Below, in pieces: positions 31,325 through 42,400 of a DNA stretch of 64,000 nt. The position numbers and the translations under genes are program-made. The notes beneath the pieces were generated by a model. That model had not been told where the DNA came from. It saw only the letters and a list, made by a program, of their open reading frames with translations, and ran no database searches. Within the stretch, counting starts at the first letter, position 1, and each line of letters begins with the position of its first letter. The stretch comes from Candidatus Cloacimonadales bacterium (GTDB lineage Bacteria; Cloacimonadota; Cloacimonadia; Cloacimonadales; JAIOQZ01), in NCBI GenBank assembly GCA_963674825.1, contig OY771587.1:2272001-2336000 (forward strand), in the 5' to 3' direction.

Positions 31325-32506
31325 ATGACAAATCGCATCCTTTTCGTGGATGATGAACCCAGAGTACTTGATGGCCTTCGTCGCAGCCTGCGTTCGAAAA
31401 GAAAGGACTGGCAACTCTCCTTTGTGTCATCGGGAGCAGAAGCGCTCGAGAAGATCGAGAAAGAACCATTCGATATATTGATATCCGATATCAAGATGCC
31501 GAACATGAATGGTGTCGAGCTCTTGAAAGAGGTATCAGAACGAAAACCAGAGATGGTACGTATCATTCTCACGGGATACGCAGAGCAGGATCTCTCGATG
31601 AAAGCGGTGAAGATTGCTCATCAATACCTAACCAAGCCCTGTGAATCCGACCATCTGATCGGAATTATCACTCAAGTGCTGAATCTTCGAAAGCTAATGC
31701 GAAACGAGAAGGTTATAAGTCTTGTTTCCAGCATGAGAACGATCCCGAGTCTGCCGAAATTCTATCAAGAGCTTTTACAAGAACTCGAACGGCAGGATAC
31801 ATCGATAAAACGCGTGAGTGAGATTATAAGCAAGGATATGGGAATGAGCGCAAAAATCCTGCATGTGGTCAATTCGCCGTTTTTCAGTACATACCGAACC
31901 GTATCGAATCCTCTTCAGGCAGTAAGCTTACTTGGACTCAACACCATACGAAATCTGGCTCTGACCATTCACCTGTTTCAAGCTTACGAGAACAAGACGT
32001 CAGTGTTTGATTATAATGGTTTGTGGAAACACTCGATGTCGGTGGCTGAAATCGCCAAAAAAATTGCAATCGACGCAGGATCTGAAAAGGAGATGGAAGA
32101 TCATGCGTTTGTAAGCGGTATGCTACACGATATCGGCAAGGTTATCATGGCCACGGAGTTTCCCGAACTTTACAGCGAAGCAATGCAGGATGCGATTAAC
32201 TCGAATATCGAGCTTTATGAAGCTGAGCATAAGCGGTTTCACACCGGACATCAGGAGGTCGCAGGATATCTTCTTGGTATCTGGGGACTTCCCAATGAAA
32301 TTGTGGAACCCATTGCGTTTCATCATATACCGTCGAAGGGTTACAACACAGGCTTCTCGCCACTCGCAGCCGTTCACATCGCCAATACGGTCGTGCACAA
32401 AAAGGAAAAGACCAACGGAAAGCCTTCCGGCCCGGATATGGAGTTTCTGAAGTGCGCGAAACTGGAGGATCTGTTTATACGCTGGCAGAACGCCGAAGGA
32501 ACGTAA
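31325..32506 (+). CDS. Response regulator with HDOD domain
   Basis: ILFVDDE, SDIKMP, LTKP receiver; IPSLP...NSPFF...LHDIGK...WGLP HDOD. Confidence 0.9.
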   Translation: MTNRILFVDDEPRVLDGLRRSLRSKRKDWQLSFVSSGAEALEKIEKEPFDILISDIKMPNMNGVELLKEVSERKPEMVRIILTGYAEQDLSMKAVKIAHQYLTKPCESDHLIGIITQVLNLRKLMRNEKVISLVSSMRTIPSLPKFYQELLQELERQDTSIKRVSEIISKDMGMSAKILHVVNSPFFSTYRTVSNPLQAVSLLGLNTIRNLALTIHLFQAYENKTSVFDYNGLWKHSMSVAEIAKKIAIDAGSEKEMEDHAFVSGMLHDIGKVIMATEFPELYSEAMQDAINSNIELYEAEHKRFHTGHQEVAGYLLGIWGLPNEIVEPIAFHHIPSKGYNTGFSPLAAVHIANTVVHKKEKTNGKPSGPDMEFLKCAKLEDLFIRWQNAEGT

Positions 32507-32508
32507 GT

Positions 32509-33108
32509 ATGCTCCACAGGATTCTATTTGTTGATGATGATCACAATCTCTTGAGTTCTTATCGCCGTCAGTATCGCCGATTGTACCAGGTCGAGACAGC
32601 CGAAAACGCCGCACAAGCGCTGGAAATTCTCCAGCAGGAGCCGCCGGTCTCGGTGCTGGTTACAGACTATTCCATGCCGGACATGGATGGGATCGAGTTT
32701 ATCAAGAAGAAGATGGCGTTCGATGCTCTGTCTGTACCGATTCTCATTACGGGAAAGGCTGATCTCAACATGGCAATCCGGGCGGTTAACGAAGTCTCCA
32801 TTTACCGGTTTCTAACAAAGCCGGTTGAATTTGATGAGATGGTGCCAATCCTCGAAAGTGCTGTCGAGCAATTCAAGCTCAATATCGCTGTTGCAGAGGA
32901 ACTGAACAAGCTCGGCTCGCCCGAGCAGACCGTAGCCATCTGTTCCCACTGCCGCAAGGTCCGCAAGGTTGAAGAAAATCCCACCGTACAAATCAACTGG
33001 AAGCACCTCGAGGTGTTCTTCACACATAATTACGGCATCGAATTCTCCCACGGCCTGTGCCCCGACTGCGTCGAAAAGATGTACAGCGAGGTGCTGAGGA
33101 AGGAGTAG
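32509..33108 (+). CDS. Response regulator with C-terminal CxxC...CxxC domain
   Basis: LFVDDD, TDYSMP, LTKP; ICSHCRKVR...W...FSHGLCPDC. Confidence 0.85.
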   Translation: MLHRILFVDDDHNLLSSYRRQYRRLYQVETAENAAQALEILQQEPPVSVLVTDYSMPDMDGIEFIKKKMAFDALSVPILITGKADLNMAIRAVNEVSIYRFLTKPVEFDEMVPILESAVEQFKLNIAVAEELNKLGSPEQTVAICSHCRKVRKVEENPTVQINWKHLEVFFTHNYGIEFSHGLCPDCVEKMYSEVLRKE

Positions 33109-33174
33109 GGATAGAACCCTATCACGACCTTCCCTTACGTAGGGTAAGGAGACGAGAGAGTTTTTCGTAGAAGG

Positions 33175-33345
33175 CATCCGCCGGCATCTTCGCCCGATCC
33201 CTCGCGACGCCGGGTAACACCACGTCTTCGAAGTGGATGAACACGGCTGCTCGCGATCGAACGAATCTGCTCGCCGTAGGGTGCGGGAATTGTGCAAATA
33301 AAAAAACCCGGCACTGACGTACCGGGCTATAAGCATTCGCTACTG
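33175..33345. repeat. ~170 bp structured direct repeat, copy 1 (includes a minus-strand terminator)
   Basis: About 90% identical by eye to 47077-47244, with a 61 nt identical core. Confidence 0.92.
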
Positions 33346-33486
33346 AAGCAGAATCAAACAAAACAACCAGGCTGTTCACATCGAGGCCGGCTTTTTGTGA
33401 ATCTTGCAGTCGATTTTTCTAACACATGGTGGCATCTTTGCCAACCCCGTGTCGCTTCACAACCACTTCATTCTGGCATGGGGATG

Positions 33487-36400
33487 TTATCTTGAAGCTT
33501 CTGTATCAGACGTTATGCGATAGAAATTCATTCCACCGGTCTGTTGGGAAGTTTCCCAGGTAATCCGGCCCATGCGGGTTCTTGTCGCTGGGCTGTCACT
33601 TCGTTCGATCGAGAAATCACCCAGTTCCGTAATTTCAACCCAGCCACCGTTCGGGTTGTCCGAATGATAGACATGATAGCTGTTCGTACCGGACACGGAA
33701 TCCCACGAAAGCTGCACCGAATTACCATCGAAGACAATTTGAACGTTCTGCGGCGCAGTAAGCCCCGCTGTTTGGATATTGAATACGTAGGGATCAAGCG
33801 GATCCCCGAGAATCTGGTTGCTGATGAACACGAGTGTATCGGATAGAGTATGGATGATGTTGAGCTCACTGTCGTAGACCCGGTAATGCATGGTCTCGTA
33901 CATTGTGTTGGCGTATTGTGTCAGGAAGAACGTCCATTGATCCATGACGAAAACGGGCTCTGCGATACCGCGACATTCGTCTCCGCAGAAAGCGGCAAGG
34001 GTGATATCCGATGTGTTGAGGATTTCTCCGTTTGCCTGGATCACGCTGGTGATATTTGATGAGTACTCGTATTCGAGTGGATTGACCTGCCAGGAAGGGT
34101 CATCACGCGGGAGTTTGATTTCTGGTTGGGCGAATACGTCCATCGCTTCGTTACATCGTGAAATCGTGTAATGTGGATACGTGAATGAGCCGCTGTTGAC
34201 AGCTTGCAGCATGTAGCCATGTCCTGGATTCATGAAACGCAGAGAGCCGATCCATCCGTATCCTTCGATGTATTGCGCGAACGAACGCTGGCTCTTGATC
34301 ACGTCACCGGTTGCCTGGTTTGTAATCCCAGCTAAAGCCTCATCAACGGAAATACTGACGTGCGGAATATACCCGATCCAGTTCCAACCCGAGCCATACT
34401 CGATCAATGTCGTTTCCGGATCTTCCAGCATACCCGTATGGCGCAGGTTGTCGTTGCTGGAAAGGTTGAGCTTGAACATTCCGACCGTGTTTAGAGAATC
34501 AAGAGTCCCCACCCAGCCGGATGACGTCGTGAATTGAGCGTAGGCGGTCTGACTCTTGATAAGGTCGCCGTCGGTACAGTTGAGGCTTTGCAAGACATCG
34601 TCGAGCGTCATCGAATTCTCATTTACAAGGTTGAGACTGAGCCATGTCCAGCCGTTTGCGCAGTCGATTTCCTGTACGAGCGCACCGCTAACGTGTATTG
34701 TATCGGGCAGAATGGGCGATCCAAAGGTTGCTCCCGAAAGGAACGAATAGCTTTCGTCGATACCGTAGTATTCCTTCGCCTGGGAGTTGTCCCATACGCG
34801 GAATTGAAGCGCTTCACCATACTCTACATCGCTGTGGATGGTGAGGAAAAACTGCCATACGCCTTCCAGATATTCGACAAATTCGGTCTGCGCGACGCCA
34901 CGGCATTCCCAATCTCCTTGCGGCGATTGGATAAATGCGCCGATGATGTCGAAAGGATCTTCCGAAACCTCTTCTTCGATCATTATGCAACCTGTAATTG
35001 ACATCGTGTAATCGTAGTTGAGATCCCAGGTCGACGCCCAGGACGGTGGATTGGCGAGTACACTCACTTCTACCGTGAGAGGTTCATTGCCAAAACCGGG
35101 TATTACCGCATTCAGCGTTCCTTCGTAGCTCCCGAAGCCAATCTGCGAGCTGACGGTGAACGAAATCGTCTCAGAATCGAGTGGTGCGAGCTGTCCTTCC
35201 ATCGGCTGTGCGGACAACCATGCAGGGAGGTCTTCGAGCGTGAAATCGCATGTTTGTCCACCGTCGTTGACGAGGTCAACTTCGAAAGTCGCCTCTTCCC
35301 CCAGCGGCTTGATCAGTTCGATCTTGGTCGTGCTCCAGCCAATCGGACTCGCATTAACATAGAACCGCCACTCGATGGGGTCTGCGATGCGGTTGCCATA
35401 TAGATCGGAAATACCTGTAACACGCGCTATCAGTGTGTGATTTTCCAGCCAGGAGTTATCCCAGTCCGGGACAATTGAAAGCTCGGAATCGTCGATCTGA
35501 ACCGTAATGTCAATCTCGTTGCCGCCCTCGAATTGCAAGCTGACACCATCCGGCAGAACGCTCCCGGGGTCGATTGCTTCATTGAAACGTACGCAAATGA
35601 TATCATCCGGGCCAAGAAGGTCGTCAACCGGTTCAGGAACACCCCAGACCTCCGGTGGTTCTCGATCGATGACACCGTTGAGTGCTGTGGTATGGTAGTT
35701 CGTATGAATGGAGTCCACCGCGACGGCGCGGATCTGATACATCCCATCCGTTATGCCGCTGACATCCCAATCTTCGACAATGTAATGCGGGTGAACCTCC
35801 AGCGAATCGCGTACGATTTCGAGTCCTGGTATCCAAAGGGATTCATTCGGATCGCGGTATTCGAGTTTAAGTGATTGCAATGTTGAAATGGACGTATCGT
35901 ATCCTGTAAGAATGACCTCCAGCATGTTACCGCATTCCTGGTTCAGAATCCAGCCTTCCTCCGGTTGCAGGATTTCGACTAGGCTGTATGGCGTTTCCCA
36001 TGAAACGCCGAAGGATCTGAAGATATCGAAAAAGTGCCCGTCTGGACCGCTGTTACCGCGATCTCCTTCAGCGTAGAACTCCAGCGTCAAGCCTGAGATT
36101 TGGTAGCTTCCCGGGCCCTGTTCAATGGTCATGTAGGCCGTTGCGGTTTCTCCACCTTCGATATCGAAAGCCATCGCACCTTCCAGCGGAACTCCATTGA
36201 CCCTCACCGTTGCGCCAGTAGGATTGGTGCCGTGCTGCACTTCGAGGTAGTAACGCCTATCTTCGCCAGACTGGCTACTATTACCCAAGTAAAGCGCGAA
36301 GACAGCCGCGCTACCATTTTGAAGCCCTCCGATGCTGTCAGCGCTTGCTCCGAAAGTAACGCCGTCACGGGGAAGCGTCTCCGGTTCCCACGGGCAGGAG

Positions 36401-39400
36401 GAAGCTCCGGCGATCAGATCGAACACCGGCGTTCCATAGACGGGATCCTTGCCGATATCGAGGGTGAAGTAATCGGGGATCTCGTTCAGTTCCGAAGTCA
36501 GATCATCATCACCCAGCACGAACGTGCAGGAGGTGGTGTTTTCCACGGTCGTCGTTTGCGATGAACCAATCGTCAGAGATGCATCGAACGTGTATCCCAA
36601 TTCGCTTCCGATGCCATTGACCGTTCCGCCGATCAGTAAACCGAATTCATTGCTCACGGTAGCCTCGAATTCGTATACCGTCGCTTCGGAAAGCGTCGTC
36701 TCTTCACTGTAGGTATACCCAGCGCCGGCGTTGAATGATACATTTCCCGGGTGGTTCGGATTCGTTTCCGGGTGCGTCCGGTTCCATGAGTTCATATCGA
36801 TGATATCCTGCCATTTCTCGGCGGCGGCATATTGCCCGATCATGATCAGATTCGGAATCACGTTGTTTAGTATCTGGTGTTCAGTATAGAAATACTGCGT
36901 CGCAAATCCGTCCGGAGTGACCATGATGTCTTGTCCTTCGAGCACGCTGGAAGTGGAATCGATCCAGCTTATCGTTTTCGTGACACCCCATATGAGGTTG
37001 ACCGCGCCACCGATATAGAGATCCGCATCGGGGCCGATAATCTCGTCCGAATCGGAGGTGTTGTATTCCTGCGAGGTCGTGAAGGTGATCGATTGTTCAT
37101 AGCTGTCGTTATAGCTCGATGTCGTCGAAATACCGCTCTCGTAGTCATCGGTAAGGTCGATGTCCGTTTCGACACAAAAGAACAATCCCGAGGATGAGGT
37201 GAAGTCCAGGCCCAGGTGAATGGCTTTGTAGGTGTTTGAGGTGGTATCCGTACAGACGCTGGAACCAATGGATACGGTATGACTGCTGCTTTCGCAGAAA
37301 CTTGCATAGCTCTGGTCGCCGGGAGGGTCGTGGAGGATCATGAAGGGGAGTTCGGGCGATGTGGTCGCGTAAGTGTTCTCCAGTGGACGAACACCCTGTG
37401 TCAGAGCCCAGTCCGTGTGTGCCATCGAGCGATCCAGATCGTTGTCTGTTACCGTAAACACGATCCTGTTTTGGTATTGTCGTTCATAGCCGGACAAGAT
37501 GTTGGGCAGATAGGGGGCAAAAGTATAGACGTATCCCGATTCACTCGATATCGTTCCGTCTGTACCTCCGGTGCTGCCGATCTCGTCATTTATGGAAATA
37601 CTGCAGTTCGTCAGATAGCTTATCTGATCCATGTGTCCTTCGAATCGGTAATCTTCCAGCGCTTTCACAATCACGTTATACCAATGATTTTGTTGCAGGA
37701 CGTAGAATTCGTAAGAGGGCGCACCATCGAAGTGCTTCAGTTCCAGTTCGGAATCCCAGGATACTTCCAGCTCCATGGGTGCATGCCAGTTGAAGCAAAG
37801 CGTGTCGATCTGGCCGATTTCTGCTTCTTCGAGTGAGACGACCTGTGTCCTGATGTCCTGAAAGAAAGCGTCGATGGCCAAATCGAAGGGATCATCTCCA
37901 GACGGACTGACCGTAACGCTGTAGTTCAAGGGTGGAATATCCGCGATAATAATGCGACCGTCACTCCAGGTGTTGTCCGTATTGATAGCGGTATAGCATC
38001 CGCATATGGAGGTAGTGGTAACGTCGAACGAGCCCAGTGGCCACGCATCACTTCCGCCGGTGACCTGCACGCATAAATCCGTTGTGAACATGTCGTAGAA
38101 ATTGATGTTCGAGACCGGAGCGGTAACGCTTTGCAGATTCCAGAACGTACGATGGAACCAGTGATCTCGATAGGACGCAGAGACAATGCAGGTTTGGCTG
38201 GGATTCACCTCAAATACGTAGTAGCCGTCCGAGTCCGTAGTCGCCACAGCCGTTGAATCGCCCTCAAGAGAATCCCTCAAGTATATGGTTGCACCCACGA
38301 CAGGGCAGGTGGTGCCATTGTACATGACATGGCCGGATAGCGGGATGTAGGAATTATCGACAAAATCGATTCCGTTCGCAGCCGTGTTACTCGGGTTGAG
38401 CGTGACCAGTATCTGCTGGGGTTGGAATCCGTGTCCGGTGAGGGTAGGAATCACGTGGAAGGTAGTTCCGTTACCGTAAGGAATCTGAGTAATCGAGTAC
38501 AATCCATATTCGTCGGTAACAGCTCCAAGGGTGATTTCGGCAGTCTCGCCCGACCATGTGCAGCCGCTTGCCGAGCCGTGATGACAGTAGTTTGTGGCGT
38601 CGAAGAGGTCGTCTCCCTGGCTTTCGTTCAATGGCCAGTACCCCATCAGCCCATCGCTGTTGTAGGAGGCAGTGATGTTCATCGTGCTGAGGATTTCAGG
38701 CATGCTCCTGCTGATATTCCAGATGCGGATATCATCCAGACTTCCCACAAAACCACTTCCAGACTGAATGTCACTGAGCGTGTTGTTCGCAAACGTATAG
38801 AGGCTGTCCAGAGATGCCAACGTTCCATCCAGATACATAAATACTTTCGTGTTGGTGAAATCGTTAACCACAGCGACATGGTGCCATTCGTCATCGCAGA
38901 CATCGATAGCGGATCCCTGCTGCTCGATCGTATTGAGCCCGTCTGTAAAAATCAGCTTCCCTGACGAATCGATACTCAGTTGATACGGGCCGCGAAACAG
39001 GATCGTCTGGTTATCCTGCGAGGTCTTGAACCAGCATTCCAAAGTGAAATCGTAGTCCAGATCGACTTGCGGATCGGGCAATGTAATCGAAGCGGTTGCA
39101 TTGAGCACAAGGCAGTAGGAAGGTGATGGGTCGAGCGCTACGGTAACGCCGGGGGATGGGTTGTTGTTCAGCGTCAGGATGGAGCCGGTGATGATGCCGT
39201 CTGGTTTGATGAAGCCGCTGTTCTTGCGTGATCGTCCCGATTCGGAGAGGTAGAAGGCTTCGATTTCGTACAGGTAGATTTCTCCCGGTGAGACATTGTC
39301 GTCATCCATCTCGAGGGTGCTTGGGGAGGTGGAGCCGATCTGTACATTGTCGCGATAGATACGGAATCCATCGGGTTGTGGCTGATACGATTCGTCGATC

Positions 39401-42400
39401 TGCCATTCGATATGGACATACCCGGCATAGTCGTTGCTGCCATCGGAAGCATCGACCGCGACGGGGGCCTTGCAACCATCGAACTCAAAAGCGCCGATAT
39501 CGATGCGGTCATAGGGTGATCTGCCCCCGGCAGGATGCTCGTGAATACGCGGATTCCCGCTAAAATCCAGTTCCGGGAGATCGAGCCCTGTCGTGTCGGG
39601 CAGTCCGGCGTTCAATGCCGGTGACCATGCTTCGAGTGAATAATCGTGGCTTGCCGCGTTGGCAAAGCATGGATTGTCGGATATAACTTCCGTTCCCGGA
39701 TAGCCGCCGCTGACGATGCTGTAATAGAATGCGTCTTCGAGGGTGGACGGGTAGATGAGATTCTCCGGATCGCCCCAAACGATGGAATTGCGTACGCTCA
39801 TAGCCAGGATGATGTCCGCGTATATTGCTTCGGCAGTGGATGCGGAATTCTGAAGAACATCGCAGTTGGTCAGTTCGATATTCGAATCGTCGTTGTAGAT
39901 CGCGCCACCATAGAGCGATGCGCTATTCACATCGAGAATGCAATTGATCAGCTCCAGTCTGGTGTCTTTTACGTAGAAAGCTCCGCCGTTCTGAGCGTTA
40001 CCCTGCGTGATATGACAGTTTCGCATTCGGAGTCTCGGTTCGGTTCCTGAACTGGCATCACCATCCAGGTAAATATTGCCACCATTAGTTCCTTGGCCGT
40101 ATTCTACTGTGCAGCATTCCATTCGGGAGCTGTTGGCGTGGGAATCACCATCCTGTAGAAAATGCAGACCTTCCCAGCCTGAACCAGGAGAAACAGCGGT
40201 AAAGGTGATGACGCTGTCCGGTGTTCCCTCGGCGATCAGTGCGCCGTATAGGTTCAATGTGATTCCGCTGGCGAAGCTGAGGGTAACGCCCGGACTGATG
40301 GTAAGCGTGTTTCCGTAAGCAAGGTTAAATGTATCATTGAGCTGAACATCCTGATCGATCGTGAGGGTGGGCAGCCATGGCGAGAAATCCTGATACTCGA
40401 CAGCACCAATATCGATTGTGTCGAATGCGCTGCCCAGCACGCCACTATAACCATTGCTGTTATAACGGTCGTTTCCGTTTAGATCGAGTAGTGCATCACC
40501 CTCGAGCACGGTATTCGGGTCACCGGTGTTTATGCAGGGTGAATTGACGTTGAGGTCGTAGCTGAAGGTGGAGAGGTTTTCGATTAGCGGCAGCGCGTCG
40601 ATGCAGCCAGTAATTGTGCCGGAGGTGCCGCTCAACGCGCCGGAGGAATAACCGGAGATGTTGCAGTAGTAGAAGCTACTTGATCCTGATATATCGAACG
40701 AGCTGCTATTATCCCAGACGATGTTGTTGCGGTATATCTGCGCATTTCTGCTGTAAATTCCGCCACCGGAGCTCGCGCTGTTGTTGACAACGGTACAATT
40801 CGTCATTTCGAGCAGTGGGGAAGATGTGCCGGTGAAGTGGCATCCACCACCATCTCCATACGACGTATTGCTGTTGAAGAGTGAATTGATGATTTTACAT
40901 CCGGAACTCAGTGCATAGATCGCCCCACCACTGCTTGCTTCGTTCCCCACGAATGAGCAATTGATGATCTCTGGTGAAGAAGATGAGATTGCGCAGATCG
41001 CCCCCCCGGGAGAACCATCGGCGACATTGGTGTCGAAAAGGCAGCGGATGATTCTTGGTGAACTGCCTTCGAGGTAGATAGCGCCACCACCGACATCTGC
41101 TGTGTTGCTGAGAAACGTGCAGTTGCGCAGAAGCAGATGATCATTTTGTTCCACGTGAAGCGCGCCACCGAGTAGATTCGTTGCACCATAAAACTCGCAG
41201 AAAACAAACTTACTGGAATCCCCGGTCGTGCTGATGTATTGGATTCCACCCCAAGAAGGAGTGCCGAAGAAATCGATCTCCTGCGATTCGGTACCGATGG
41301 CCAGGATGCGGCCGTTTTCGACAGAGATAGTACACTGTTCGGTAAATTGGACACTCACCCCCGGATCAATGGTCAGGGTCGCGCCGTTCTGAATCACGAC
41401 ATTTCGTCCAAGCGTCTGATCGGTTGACCACTGAGTATTCGTATCGATGACCAGGTCTTCGATCGGGATGAAGTTCTCGTAGTTCTGCCATTTAAGGAAG
41501 GGATAGCCGTTGTTCTCAGCCGGGTTGATTCCCCAGTAGTTATTGGTCCCATTAGCCGATTCTTCCATCCAATCCCATCCGCTATCGAGGAATGTCGAAG
41601 CCGTCTTCATTTCTACCGTGGACTTGCCGGTCCCCCCGGCGCTGGATGAAAGTCCGCTGGCTTCCGTGTCCCAAAACGAGTCCGTCACGGAGCAGTTTCC
41701 AGTGTAGTCGCTTCCGATCAATCCTCCTACAGACGAATTCCCTGCAACCGATCCGATGCTGTAGCTGTTGTCAACCGTTGCGCTGTTTCGCATGCAGCCG
41801 GAAAATCCGCCGACTCGAATCGCCGCCCCGGTTACGCTGCTCCAGCTATAGCAATCATGCACGCTGGAATTGTCGATATTGCCGCATAAACCACCGACGT
41901 TATATCCCGTACCATATACATCGCCAGTGGAGAAGCAGCAGCTAATCACACTCCCAATGCAACCGCCAAGAATTCCTCCAACGGAAGTGCTTCCGCTCAC
42001 ATCTGAAACCGACGAGCATTTATCCACAGACGAGTTATCTGCATCTCCAACGATACCTCCGCCGCCATTCGAGAAGCTGATAATGGTTACCTCTGTTGTG
42101 CAGGATCCTAAGTAGGTAGTGTTGTCGATCTGGCCGGCAATTCCTCCAACTCGATACCCCCCCTGGATGGTTCCGGTCAAATCGCAGCCCGTGATGTAGG
42201 AATCCGTGGCATACCCGATCAATCCACCTACCCGGTTTGCGCCGATTACGCTGAAGTTGGTAACTTCAGTATACTCGATCACGGCGTCGTCAAGGTAACC
42301 GAAAAGGCCCTGATAGTCGCTGGAACCACGCGCAATCGATAATCCATCGATGCTTCCGAAATAGCCGTTGAATTCACCAGTGAAGGGTGTCGACGCATTT

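Noticed and set aside
33122..33379. Short ORFs sharing SRFVRSRAAVFIHFEDVVL with 47015-47212
   Set aside because: The similarity only reflects the DNA repeat; indels and differing starts and stops argue against coding.
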